Source of the DNA: Myxococcota bacterium
GTDB lineage: Bacteria; Myxococcota; JACRCW01
Reading direction: 5' to 3'
DNA: 36,063 nt
NCBI GenBank assembly: GCA_040752415.1
Contig: JBFMGU010000099.1
Location: 1-36,063 of the forward strand
The notes under the pieces were generated by a model. It made no database searches. It was not told the origin of the DNA and was given only the letters and a program-made list of their open reading frames with translations. The position numbers and the translations under genes were made by a program. This document shows, piece after piece, positions 10,093 through 18,995 of the stretch (the first letter of the stretch is position 1; the number at the start of each line of letters is the position of its first letter).

Positions 10093-10097
10093 GGGCG
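10083..10097 (+). promoter_or_regulatory. Candidate bacterial SECIS element
   Basis: CGCCC-CGTGA-GGGCG hairpin (alternatively CCC-GTGA-GGG with one bulge) starting 11 nt after the UGA; G in the first two loop positions. Confidence 0.6.
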
Positions 10098-10162
10098 TCA
10101 GGACGCAGGAAAGGCAACACAGGCCCGCCAGGACGCGATAAGCTGGCGTTGGAGGCACGCCC

Positions 10163-10486
10163 ATGATCGGTTTCCCGCCGAAAGCGCCCAACCGGCCCGT
10201 CTCCATGGTCGCCCCGGATTTCAAGGGGGTCCGTGGGGAGGAGCAGATGGTGGGCTACCTCAACGGGGCCGCGGGCGGTGTGGCTTTCGAGCCGCTGGAG
10301 GTGGCCAGCAACTCCCTGCGCAAGGACACGCTCCCCAAGAAGGCCGCCAAGGGTCTCTGGGGCTTCTTCATGTTCCACGTGTTCGAGCGTGCGGCCAAGC
10401 CCAACAAGTTCACGCTCTGGGGTGCACGCAACTTCACCGGCGAGTATCCCAAGGAGCTGGTGGCGGCCCGTCAGAAGAAGGCTTGA
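10163..10486 (+). CDS. Hypothetical protein (107 aa)
   Basis: GGAGG RBS, strong GC3 bias, Lys-rich C-terminus. Confidence 0.75.
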   Translation: MIGFPPKAPNRPVSMVAPDFKGVRGEEQMVGYLNGAAGGVAFEPLEVASNSLRKDTLPKKAAKGLWGFFMFHVFERAAKPNKFTLWGARNFTGEYPKELVAARQKKA

Positions 10487-10501
10487 GCGTTGCGTCTGTT
10501 C

Positions 10502-10693
10502 ATGGATGAGCGTCTGCGGGTGGAGCGCGAGCAGTTCGCGTTGAAGGCCACGTGTGACCACTGCGCCCATTTTGACGACGACGCCGGCGCCTGCAGCCTC
10601 ACGTACCCCACCGAGCCCCACCGCCAGAGCACCTTCGAAACTCTGAAGGACGGCGACCCGGTGCTGTTCTGCAAGACCTTCGAGGTCGACTGA
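10502..10693 (+). CDS. Small Cys/His protein (CxxCxH…C…C), putative metal-binding
   Basis: TCDHCAHF…CSLTYP…FCKTFE; good codon bias. Confidence 0.7.
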   Translation: MDERLRVEREQFALKATCDHCAHFDDDAGACSLTYPTEPHRQSTFETLKDGDPVLFCKTFEVD

Positions 10694-10696
10694 GCG

Positions 10697-11218
10697 TCAG
10701 CGCGGCTCGGCCAGCACGCGGTCAATCTGCGTGGCCTTCTGGGGAAGCTTGCGCTTCAACGTGGTGAGCCCGTCCATCCGACGGTGCGCGGCCGCACGCA
10801 GCCCATCCTCGAACACCACCGCGCTGTCCTCACGACGTCCCAGCTCCTCCAGCAGCGTCACCGCGCGCTGGCGCTCCACCTGCGCTGGTCCCGCCATGTA
10901 CCCCTCCACCGCGCCGCGACGGACCAGGCGGTCCTCCTTCGCGTCGACGGCGAGGCGGCGCAGCAGCTTCTCCGTCTCCACCCCGACATCCAGCTGGCCC
11001 AGCGCGCGACAGGCGCGGCCACGGGTGAAGTTGTCGTTGGAGGGCGTGGTGCAGAGCTGGCGCAGCGCGGGGACCACGTGCGGGCCCAGGGCACGGAGCT
11101 CGTCGGGGGTGGGGGCGCGGTCGATCTGGCGGAGGGTGCCCAGCAGCCGGGCGTCTTCCTGGGCCAAGGCCGCGCTCGAGGAGAGCGAGAGCGTGAGCAG
11201 GAGGGTGGTGAAGCGCAT
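10697..11218 (-). CDS. Secreted HEAT-repeat-like helical protein
   Basis: Signal peptide (…AALA/QE); RGRACRALG and VRRGAVE helical repeat motifs; TGATG coupling to the upstream gene. Confidence 0.7.
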   Translation of the reverse strand: MRFTTLLLTLSLSSSAALAQEDARLLGTLRQIDRAPTPDELRALGPHVVPALRQLCTTPSNDNFTRGRACRALGQLDVGVETEKLLRRLAVDAKEDRLVRRGAVEGYMAGPAQVERQRAVTLLEELGRREDSAVVFEDGLRAAAHRRMDGLTTLKRKLPQKATQIDRVLAEPR

Positions 11219-11496
11219 CAGCGTCGGACGGCGGCGGCGTCTTCCAACGCCATCCCGGCAAGGCGGTGGATGCGGTCGGCGTGCTCCTGGAGCTGGGAGG
11301 CTTCACGCTTGAGGTCCGCGGGCGTGGAGCGCGTCGAGACCGCCTTCACGAGGGCCGTGGCCGCATCACGCAGCGCCGGAAACGTGGCCTCCGTCAGTCG
11401 GAGGTACTCCGGGCCGTTCTGGGGGGCGGAGACCAGCGCGTCGGCCAGGAAGCGGAGCGCCGAGTAGTCCCGCGCGTTGGTGGTTCCCGTGCTCAA
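11218..11496 (-). CDS. Small helical hypothetical protein (92 aa, TTG start)
   Basis: GGAGG RBS before TTG; its stop overlaps the next start. Confidence 0.65.
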   Translation of the reverse strand: MSTGTTNARDYSALRFLADALVSAPQNGPEYLRLTEATFPALRDAATALVKAVSTRSTPADLKREASQLQEHADRIHRLAGMALEDAAAVRR

Positions 11497-11517
11497 TACG
11501 CACCTCCCGACAACAAG

Positions 11518-13095
11518 CTAGCCCACGGCCTCATGGTGTGCCAGCACCAGCCGCGCCGACGCGCCCGTGTCCGACCGTCCATCCGCCGTGTACTCGACGA
11601 GCTGCTCGGCGCACAGACTCAGCCAGATGCCGGTCTTTCCCTCGGGCAGCTCGATTTCCACGGGGCCAGTGCGGGAGTCCTTCCACAACGCCACCACGCG
11701 TGAGGGCGGCGCGCCTGGCACGCGGCTGCGCAACGCCATCCCCAGGGAGCTGAGCGAGAGCACCGACGAGCCGGGGTCGTCGGCGAGCACGGTGGCGTAG
11801 CGGGCCGACCAGCGCCGCGCGAGCTGGGGACCATCCTGCAACAGCGCCACCACCAACGTGGGACCGACGCTGCGCACCAGCTGCGTGACGGGGTCCTGGC
11901 GCGCCAGGTCCTCGCAGATGAGGTGGCAGATGCCCAGCCACTCATTCGCCGCCACGACGTGCAGCTCCCGCGGAGGAAGCTTGATGTGCTCCCACCACAT
12001 TCGGGACGGGTTCAGGACGGACTCCAGCCCGTACTGGCGGATCTGACTGGCATCCACGCACCAGCGATGGTGCTTGGGCTGCTCGTAGGTCAGCGCCTCC
12101 CGACGCTGCAGCAGGCGCAGCTGCGCCACGTTCTCCTCGGGACCGCGCACGCCGGAGAGCATGAGCTGCACGCCGCGTTGCTTGAGGAGCTGCGCCACCT
12201 GGTCGGCTTCCGCTCGGTCCAGGCAAGCCTCCGGGAACACCACGCCGTGGACGGGCCCCAGCCGCTTGACCGCGTCCTCGAGGACGTGGAGCACGCGCTC
12301 CGGATCCCCCAGCGGCGGCGGGTTGAACTCGAAGAACCCGAAGCGTCGCGTGGACATGTTGCTCAGCCGCCCCTCCACCGGCTGGAACGACGAGGCGGGA
12401 ACCTCCAGCGGCCACGGCAGCAAGAGCAGGTTGAGGCGCCGGTCCAGATCGTCGGCCACGTCGGGCGCGGGGTGCCAGTGCGGCGTGATGTCCGAGGCGT
12501 GCGCGCCCACGTGGTGCGAGAGCGAGCGCAACGTGATGCCCAGTTGTGGCGTACGCAGCTTGGGGAGCACGCGCATGACCTCCGGAGACACCTTGGCCAG
12601 CGTGCCGGTGTCGACGAGGTGGAGGTTCGCCTCCAGGGCCAGGCTGGACTTCTGGGAGGGGGAAACGTCCTGCGGGCCCGGGACGCCAAGCCCGAAGCAC
12701 GCCTGGTCCGCGAGCGCGTGCAGCCCCAGGACCGCGCAGCAGTTGTCCCACGCCTCCTGGGAACGCGGATGCGCCAGGGAGGCGAGTGGCTCCTGCCAGC
12801 AACGGCGCAGACCCGCCTCCGCCTCCACGAGCAGTTTCACGTCGTGGGGCGGCCCGGGAAGCTGGTGGCGCCACGCGTACGCATCCTCCGCCACCCGCCG
12901 CTGCCACGCCATGTCCCGCGGCCACACGTAGCCTTCCGGCGGTGAGACCACCTGGCGGTACGCACCCGTGCGCGCCAGCACCGTCGACGTGAATGCGAAC
13001 GCGTCGGGTGGCCAGGCGGTGATGCGTTGCCAGACCTTGGGGAAGTCCGTCTCGTCGAAGAGCTCACGCGCGGTGGAGGCAAGGGTCTGGGACAT
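11518..13095 (-). CDS. Hypothetical protein with a C-terminal nitrilase/carbon-nitrogen hydrolase-like fold
   Basis: Glu-Lys-Cys triad-like motifs VVFPE, QPKHHRW, LICEDLAR; ATG at 13095. Confidence 0.7.
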   Translation of the reverse strand: MSQTLASTARELFDETDFPKVWQRITAWPPDAFAFTSTVLARTGAYRQVVSPPEGYVWPRDMAWQRRVAEDAYAWRHQLPGPPHDVKLLVEAEAGLRRCWQEPLASLAHPRSQEAWDNCCAVLGLHALADQACFGLGVPGPQDVSPSQKSSLALEANLHLVDTGTLAKVSPEVMRVLPKLRTPQLGITLRSLSHHVGAHASDITPHWHPAPDVADDLDRRLNLLLLPWPLEVPASSFQPVEGRLSNMSTRRFGFFEFNPPPLGDPERVLHVLEDAVKRLGPVHGVVFPEACLDRAEADQVAQLLKQRGVQLMLSGVRGPEENVAQLRLLQRREALTYEQPKHHRWCVDASQIRQYGLESVLNPSRMWWEHIKLPPRELHVVAANEWLGICHLICEDLARQDPVTQLVRSVGPTLVVALLQDGPQLARRWSARYATVLADDPGSSVLSLSSLGMALRSRVPGAPPSRVVALWKDSRTGPVEIELPEGKTGIWLSLCAEQLVEYTADGRSDTGASARLVLAHHEAVG

Positions 13096-13213
13096 GGTGC
13101 ACCCCAACTGCTGAAGCTGCGGTCCATGGCATGGGTAGCGTGCTCCCGCGCGACGTCGCAATCCGACCCTGGTTGCAACCCGCCGCGGGCGCGGCGCAGA
13201 CTGACGCGGTCTC

Positions 13214-15205
13214 ATGAAGCCCCGCCTGTTGCTCGCGTTCTCCTGCGTGGCCGCGCTTGCGTGCACCGCGCCACCCAACCCGCTGGCGCCGGACGCGGGC
13301 TACCGCGGTGTCCCGCCGGAGCCGCTGCAGGTGATCGAGCTGGCGGATGTCTCCGTGGGCTCCGCCACTGGCGCGCTGCGCTTCGTGGTGCCCGAGCCCA
13401 AGCGTGGCAAGCGGGTTGGGTTCTCCATCGTCGCGGAGCCCAGCGACCCGGGGGTGTGCGTCTTCCTGAAGGGGCTGGCGGGTCCCGGGACCACGTATGT
13501 GCGCGGCGGAGGGTGCGGCGACGGCGCGGAAACCGGCCGGGGCACCACCGCCTACGGAGAGGGCGGCCTGGTCTCCGTTGTTCCCGGCAACGACGCCCCC
13601 GAGAGCGAGGTCACGCCGGGAGAGCATTGCGTCTCCGTGTCTTCCATTCCCTGCAACACCTCCTCACCCGACGCACGTCTCAAGGTGCGGGCGGTGATCT
13701 CCGAGCGCCAGGGCGGGGCGCTGGCGTTGCACGTGCACCTGGTGCAGCGGCTGGGAATCACGCCGGAGCAGGCGCCCTCCCACGCGGGGCTGCAGGAGAC
13801 CATTGCCCGGTTCTTCAAGTTCATGGAGGTGGCCGGTTTCCGACGGGGCGAGGTGGCCTACAGCGCGCTGGACGACCAGCATGCCGTGGTCACCAGCGAT
13901 GAGCAGTTCGACGCCCTGATGGTGCTGGGGACCGGTCGGGCCAACGGGAAGCCGGCGCTGGACGTCATGGTGGTGGATGGCTTTGCCGGGCCGCTCGAGG
14001 GCGTGGCGGGGATGGCGCCGCTGGCGGGGTCGCAGGGAATGGGGGGCGGCACCCAGTCGGCGGCGGTGGTGAGTTGGAGCAACCAGCCCTCGCTGGATGG
14101 CCTGGTGTGGGCGCACGAGGTGGGCCACTTCCTGGGGCTGTACCACACCAACGAGTTCGGCGGCTCCGCGCACGACGACCTGCGCGACACGCGCGAGTGC
14201 ACCCCGTTTGCGGACTGCGGCCCCGACGACGAGGCCAACGTGATGTTCCCCTCCGCCACGTACCGGGAGAGCCGTTTCTCCGACGCGCAACGGGACATCA
14301 TCGCGCTCACGCCGCTCATCGACCCCACCGTGGCCCCGCCGCCGCAAGCCTGTTCCACCGACGAGGACTGTCCGCCGGAGACGTCGGGGTGCAAGCGTCC
14401 CTCATGCGTGGAGGGCGCGTGCTGGGGCGTGTGGCTACCCAACGGCACCGCCTGCGACGACAAGGACGGGATGGACTGTACCCGCGGCGCCTGTGAGAGC
14501 GGCGAGTGTGAGGCGCAGGGGGCCGACGACCACGTCTGTCTCGTCGACAACACCTGCGTGGGCGGGGGGCAGACTGCCGAGGGGCAGGGCTGCTGGGTGT
14601 GTGATCCCATTGCGGACCCCGAGGGATGGACCAAGGTGAGCGGTTGCGTCGACGCCGGGCCGCGGCCGGGTGGTCCTGCGGTGAGCCCGTTGTCCATGGT
14701 GGCACGTCGTCTGCTCGGTCCCGACGGGGGCGTGCCGGGAGATGCCGGGTATCGTCGGGGCGTGCCGCTCTCCATGTACGTGGTCATGCGCAACAGCGGC
14801 GACGAGCCCGCGGTGAATCCGACCATCACGCTGAGCACGGCGGAGCCGGAGGTGGACCTGCTGCGCGACGTGGTTCCCTTCGGCCAGATCCAGCCGCGCA
14901 CCAGCCGGGAGAGCCTGCAGCCGCTGCGCTTCACCGTGCGCGAGGATTTCCCCTGCGATCAGCACTACGCGCGCCTCACGCTGCGCATGTCCGCCGACGG
15001 CGTCGAGTCCGCGCGACGTCGCATCAACCTGCCGCTGGATGACGTGTGCACGCCGCCCGCGCCGCCACCCGAGGTGAACCCGTTCTGGCCACCTCCCAAG
15101 CCGCCGGGATGCCAATGCCTCGCGGCCACGGGCGAGGCGCCCTGGGCGCTGCTCGTGGGGATGGTGCTCCTGCTCCGTCGGAGGATCAGGGTGCGGGGAG
15201 GGTGA
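13214..15205 (+). CDS. Secreted or lipoprotein metzincin-type zinc metalloprotease with Cys-rich repeats and a MYXO-CTERM-like tail
   Basis: HEVGHFLGLYH (HExxHxxGxxH), Met-turn NVMFP, ALA/C lipobox-like signal, C-terminal GCQC-TM-RRR. Confidence 0.85.
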   Translation: MKPRLLLAFSCVAALACTAPPNPLAPDAGYRGVPPEPLQVIELADVSVGSATGALRFVVPEPKRGKRVGFSIVAEPSDPGVCVFLKGLAGPGTTYVRGGGCGDGAETGRGTTAYGEGGLVSVVPGNDAPESEVTPGEHCVSVSSIPCNTSSPDARLKVRAVISERQGGALALHVHLVQRLGITPEQAPSHAGLQETIARFFKFMEVAGFRRGEVAYSALDDQHAVVTSDEQFDALMVLGTGRANGKPALDVMVVDGFAGPLEGVAGMAPLAGSQGMGGGTQSAAVVSWSNQPSLDGLVWAHEVGHFLGLYHTNEFGGSAHDDLRDTRECTPFADCGPDDEANVMFPSATYRESRFSDAQRDIIALTPLIDPTVAPPPQACSTDEDCPPETSGCKRPSCVEGACWGVWLPNGTACDDKDGMDCTRGACESGECEAQGADDHVCLVDNTCVGGGQTAEGQGCWVCDPIADPEGWTKVSGCVDAGPRPGGPAVSPLSMVARRLLGPDGGVPGDAGYRRGVPLSMYVVMRNSGDEPAVNPTITLSTAEPEVDLLRDVVPFGQIQPRTSRESLQPLRFTVREDFPCDQHYARLTLRMSADGVESARRRINLPLDDVCTPPAPPPEVNPFWPPPKPPGCQCLAATGEAPWALLVGMVLLLRRRIRVRGG

Positions 15206-16430
15206 ACGCGTCCGCCACGGGGGCGGCCAGCAGGACCACCGCAGCCACACGTCGTTCATTGCGGGCTGCGCGCGGAACCGCCAGTCCCACGCCGAGCTGA
15301 AGCGCGCCGGGACGGGTCAGACGCCACAGCATGAGCGGTGAAGCACGCAGCTGCGCGGCCAGGTCCTTGGCGCTGGTGCCCTGCAGCTTGAGTCCCCAGT
15401 GGGCGGCCGCGGAGGGGTTGGCGGCGGAGAGCTCGTCAGGGGGCGGCGGATCCTGCAGCCAGTGCGCGCTCTGCTGCGACTGGTTGGCCATGGCCTGCGC
15501 CACCGCGTCCATCTGTGGCACCGTTGGAAGCGCCTCCAGCCCGCGCTCCGTCCGGATCTCCACCAGCGCCTTCTGGAGTGCGCGGAGCTGCTCGTTGGCG
15601 TCGAGCGGACCTTCTTCATCCGCGGACAGCGGGAATGAGCGCGCGGGGATGCCGGCTTCCAGTCGCGCGCGCACCACCTCCTGGCCGTCCTGCACCACCG
15701 AGAGCACCACCAGCGCCGGTTTCTCGACGGGCGGGACGGTGACCTGGAAGGTGCCGTCGGCCGCGGGCTGCACCGGGAAGGCCTGCGTGGGCCCGCTCCC
15801 CACGTCCACCAGCACGCTCAGTGGCGTCCCCAGCCGCGCGCTCCCCCCGACGACAATCGGCTGCCCCATCGGCGCCGCGCGCGGCATGGGGTTCAGCAGG
15901 ACGCGTCGCTGCGTGCCCAGCAGGGAGACGAACGTGCGCGACCCGATCCGCTGCGCCGACAACCCGAACAACGACGGCTCCGCCCCCGCCATGCAGTCCG
16001 CCAGGCCCTGCAGCACCTCCACGGGGATGTTCGGCTGCGCGCGCGTGGTCCAGAGGCAGCGCTGGCAGAGGGGGCGCTCGTACACGCCGGCCCATTCCAG
16101 GGTGGTCTCCTGGATGGACGTGGGGACGTCACAGGCGGCGGTGGCGGGGTTGCCCGCGCGGTAGACGTTGAGCGCGCTGGCGGCGCGGGAGACGCGGGCA
16201 TCCAGCACGGGCGCGGGTGCACCGCGGGCGCCCAGGATGCGACCCAGGCCATCCAGCGCGCTGCTCTCCAGCGGAGCGAGGGGCGGGGAGGCTTCCGCGT
16301 AGCCGTACCCGGGCGCGGGCGGACCGGCGCTGGGCACGGCGCGCGACGACGCACAGGCCACGGCCAGCACCGCGACGAGCACGGCGGGCGGACGCAGACC
16401 TGGTGGGAACCGCGGGGCGGGGAGCTTCAA
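15186..16430 (-). CDS. Putative lipoprotein with CAP/SCP-like domains (start uncertain)
   Basis: LAVA/C lipobox; CAP-like segments (IRTERGLEAL…MDAVAQAMA…LGVGLA). Confidence 0.6.
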   Translation of the reverse strand: MKLPAPRFPPGLRPPAVLVAVLAVACASSRAVPSAGPPAPGYGYAEASPPLAPLESSALDGLGRILGARGAPAPVLDARVSRAASALNVYRAGNPATAACDVPTSIQETTLEWAGVYERPLCQRCLWTTRAQPNIPVEVLQGLADCMAGAEPSLFGLSAQRIGSRTFVSLLGTQRRVLLNPMPRAAPMGQPIVVGGSARLGTPLSVLVDVGSGPTQAFPVQPAADGTFQVTVPPVEKPALVVLSVVQDGQEVVRARLEAGIPARSFPLSADEEGPLDANEQLRALQKALVEIRTERGLEALPTVPQMDAVAQAMANQSQQSAHWLQDPPPPDELSAANPSAAAHWGLKLQGTSAKDLAAQLRASPLMLWRLTRPGALQLGVGLAVPRAARNERRVAAVVLLAAPVADAFTLPAP

Positions 16431-16455
16431 CCGGCTTGTCGAGGGAAGACGGGTT

Positions 16456-16830
16456 TCAGCCCTGGGGCGCGGCCGCGCCGGTCTCTTCCTCACGACGCTC
16501 ACGGATGCGCGCCGCCTTACCGGACACTTCACGCAGGTAGTACAGCTTGGCGCGACGCACGGTGCCCATGGTGGCCACCTCGAGCTTGTCGATCAGCGGG
16601 CTGGACAGCGGGAAGATGCGCTCCACACCGACGCCGAAGCTGACCTTGCGCACGGTGATGGTCTCACGACCCTTGGTGTTCTTGCGGCGGATGGCCACGC
16701 CCTCGAACACCTGCACGCGCTCCTTGTCGCCCTCCTTGATCTTGTAGTGGACGCGCAGGGTGTCACCGATCTGGAAGGAGGGGTGATCCGTGCGGAGCTG
16801 GAGCTTGTCGACGATGTCAGTGCGCTGCAT
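16456..16830 (-). CDS. rplS: 50S ribosomal protein L19
   Basis: [42 protein letters not shown]. Confidence 0.98.
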   Translation of the reverse strand: MQRTDIVDKLQLRTDHPSFQIGDTLRVHYKIKEGDKERVQVFEGVAIRRKNTKGRETITVRKVSFGVGVERIFPLSSPLIDKLEVATMGTVRRAKLYYLREVSGKAARIRERREEETGAAAPQG

Positions 16831-16879
16831 GGGAGTGACTCCTGCAAACCTGGATAACAAGGGGGCAAATGGGACTCGC

Positions 16880-16909
16880 CCATATGCGGGACCCGACTCG
16901 GAGTGTCAA
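16880..16909 (-). promoter_or_regulatory. Putative rplS promoter
   Basis: Perfect TTGACA at 16909-16904; the -10 box is weak (CATATG). Confidence 0.4.
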
Positions 16910-16962
16910 GCCTTGCGGGCAACGTTTGTGCTCGCGCCTGGGGGGCGCCCGGGTCCAAACCA

Positions 16963-16991
16963 TTGACCCCATGACGGCCGGTCCCTAGGGT
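16963..16991 (+). promoter_or_regulatory. Putative promoter for the lipoprotein pair
   Basis: TTGACC-17 nt-TAGGGT, about 30 nt upstream of GTG 17022. Confidence 0.5.
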
Positions 16992-17021
16992 GCGCGCCTC
17001 GCTTGCCGCGGGAGTGTCGAC

Positions 17022-17549
17022 GTGAAACGTGCATGGACGGCGGTGGCGCTGGTTGGCCTCCTGGGGCTGGTGGCGTGCGCCGCGGTGGATAGCGCCAAGG
17101 TGGACGGCACGCGCGTGGCGGCGCAGGGCGGGGAGCCCGTGGCGGTGATCAGCACGTGGCAGGGCGGCTTCACCCTGTTCTGGGGCCTGGTACCCCTGGG
17201 ACCCGCCGGCCAGACCCTCGACGACGCCATCCACAAGAACCTGATCACCGAGGCCAAGGCCCACGGCGGAGATCGCGTTCAGATGGTCACCGTGTTCAGC
17301 CTCCCCGCGGATCACCTGTTCGCCCGGATCCAGCCCCTGCTGTTGCTGCCCGGCCTGCTCAACTTCCATTTCGCCTACGCCTCCGGGATCGCCGTGATGA
17401 CGGGGGAGGGCGGGCCCATTGGCGTCATCGAGGGGCTGCCGGCGGAGATGCAGGGTGTGCCGGCGTTGGAGCCGCCCCCGGATGCGGGCCACGCGGTGTC
17501 GACGGACGGCGGGATGCCGGCGGATGGAGGTCCCGATGCGCTGCCGTGA
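17022..17549 (+). CDS. Lipoprotein, paralog A (small alpha/beta domain with a DAG/DGG tail)
   Basis: LVA/C lipobox; shares the TLDxA.xKxLxxEAKAxGGxRVQ motif with the next gene. Confidence 0.75.
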   Translation: MKRAWTAVALVGLLGLVACAAVDSAKVDGTRVAAQGGEPVAVISTWQGGFTLFWGLVPLGPAGQTLDDAIHKNLITEAKAHGGDRVQMVTVFSLPADHLFARIQPLLLLPGLLNFHFAYASGIAVMTGEGGPIGVIEGLPAEMQGVPALEPPPDAGHAVSTDGGMPADGGPDALP

Positions 17550-17892
17550 GATCATGCTCTCCGCGCTCCTGGTGACGACGGGCTGCACCACGGTGCACCG
17601 CACGCCCATGAAGGCCAACGAGGTGGCCGGCGCGCAGGGCGAGGTGGTGGCGGTGGTGGACGTCACCAGCACCGGGCTGGGGCTGGGGTTCAACAAGGTC
17701 ATGCTGGTGCCCGGCGGGACCCTGGACACGGCGGTGAACAAGACGCTCATGGCCGAGGCCAAGGCGGCGGGCGGGAGCCGGGTGCAGGTGGTGAGCCTGG
17801 TGGCCAGCAGCCACGCGGGAATGAACGTGTTCCAGTTCCCCTGGGTGGTCACGCTGCCCACGGTGGTGGTCACGGCCTACGTGCTGAAGTGA
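17536..17892 (+). CDS. Lipoprotein, paralog B
   Basis: GGAGG RBS, TTG/C lipobox, TLDTAVNKTLMAEAKAAGGSRVQ. Confidence 0.75.
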   Translation: MRCREIMLSALLVTTGCTTVHRTPMKANEVAGAQGEVVAVVDVTSTGLGLGFNKVMLVPGGTLDTAVNKTLMAEAKAAGGSRVQVVSLVASSHAGMNVFQFPWVVTLPTVVVTAYVLK

Positions 17893-17953
17893 AAGGCACT
17901 TGTGATCCGGGGGGGCCCTTTGGTAGGACGCCTGCCCCTTTTGTGAGGATGCC

Positions 17954-18142
17954 ATGCCGGCCCGCTGCGAAATCTGTGACAAGAAGCGGATGGTGGGAAA
18001 CACCGTCAGCCACGCCAACAACCGCCGCAAGACCCTGAACTACCCCAACGTGCAGCGCGTCCACGCCGTCGTCGACGGAGTGCCGCAGCGCGTGAACGTG
18101 TGCACCCGCTGCATCAAGAGCGGTCGCGTCACCAAGGGCTGA
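17954..18142 (+). CDS. rpmB: 50S ribosomal protein L28 (Zn-binding C+ form)
   Basis: CEIC…GNTVSHANN…PNVQ…CTRCIKSG. Confidence 0.97.
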   Translation: MPARCEICDKKRMVGNTVSHANNRRKTLNYPNVQRVHAVVDGVPQRVNVCTRCIKSGRVTKG

Positions 18143-18165
18143 TCCGGAGCGGGTGCGTGGGCGGT

Positions 18166-18181
18166 GCCGTTTCCGAACGGC
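18166..18181. terminator. Hairpin between convergent rpmB and the methyltransferase gene
   Basis: GCCGTT-TCCG-AACGGC; no U-tract. Confidence 0.35.
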
Positions 18182-18185
18182 CTGC

Positions 18186-18902
18186 TCACGCCTCCCTTCG
18201 CGCCACCACGCTGTAGAAGCTCCCCAGGCTGGCCAACGGATCCGCCAGCCGCTCCTCCACCGCACGCAGCGCCGGGCCCACCACGGGCAGCCGGTGCGCC
18301 TGCGGCACCACGGTCACCACGCGGGCGCCGCGCTGGTCCACCCGTCGGAAACCCGGCGGGAGGAGCCGGTCCACGTCCGCGGGCGTGTCAAACCGCACGT
18401 ACACGTTCTTCTCGTGCAGGTGGGACGCCACGCGACCCGGCCGCTTGATCCGCCACAACAGCCCCCGCACCGAGTTGGGGTTGTAGAACTCCGCCACCAG
18501 CACGCCGCCCGGCTTCACCAGCCGGCCCAGCTCCCGCATGGCCTCCTCGATCCGCTCGATGTGCGCGAGCACCTTGAAGCAGCACACGGCGTCGAACTGG
18601 GCGTCCGGGAGCGGGATGGCCAGGATGTTGGCTTGCGCCACGGCGAGCCCGCGGTCCGCCGCGCGCCGGAGCATGCCGCCGCTGAGATCCACGCCCACCA
18701 CCTGCGCGCAGTGCGGCTGGAGCCGGGAGAGGACCAGGCCCGTGCCGCAGCCCGCCTCCAGCACCCGGCCACCACGCGCGTAGCGCAACACCAGGTCCGC
18801 CTCCAGGTCATCCAGCATGGCGTGGTAGCCGTCGTGACGATGACGTTCGTACTGCTGGGAGAAGGCGTCGTAGTAGGCGCGGTTGTCCTGGAGGGTGCTC
18901 AC
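18186..18902 (-). CDS. Class I SAM-dependent methyltransferase
   Basis: VLEAGCGTG motif I, GVDLS, FDAV, LVKPGG. Confidence 0.92.
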   Translation of the reverse strand: MSTLQDNRAYYDAFSQQYERHRHDGYHAMLDDLEADLVLRYARGGRVLEAGCGTGLVLSRLQPHCAQVVGVDLSGGMLRRAADRGLAVAQANILAIPLPDAQFDAVCCFKVLAHIERIEEAMRELGRLVKPGGVLVAEFYNPNSVRGLLWRIKRPGRVASHLHEKNVYVRFDTPADVDRLLPPGFRRVDQRGARVVTVVPQAHRLPVVGPALRAVEERLADPLASLGSFYSVVARREA

Positions 18903-18995
18903 GTTCGTGCTCGAGGGTTGGGGCGAGGAGGCGGCAGCCTACACCACCGCGCTCGTCGTGCGTGATAAGCGGCGGGGAGCCGGAGCGCAGCCGTC

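Noticed and set aside
10484..10511. Third possible Sec site: TGA 10484-10486 is in frame with the next ORF and a weak hairpin GTTCA-TGGA-TGAGC starts at +11
   Set aside because: The stem is weak (5 bp with a G-U and two A-U pairs), the upstream protein ends in a typical Lys-rich terminus (RQKKA), there is no redox-motif context, and the next ORF has its own ATG. Not fully excluded; a homolog alignment would settle it.
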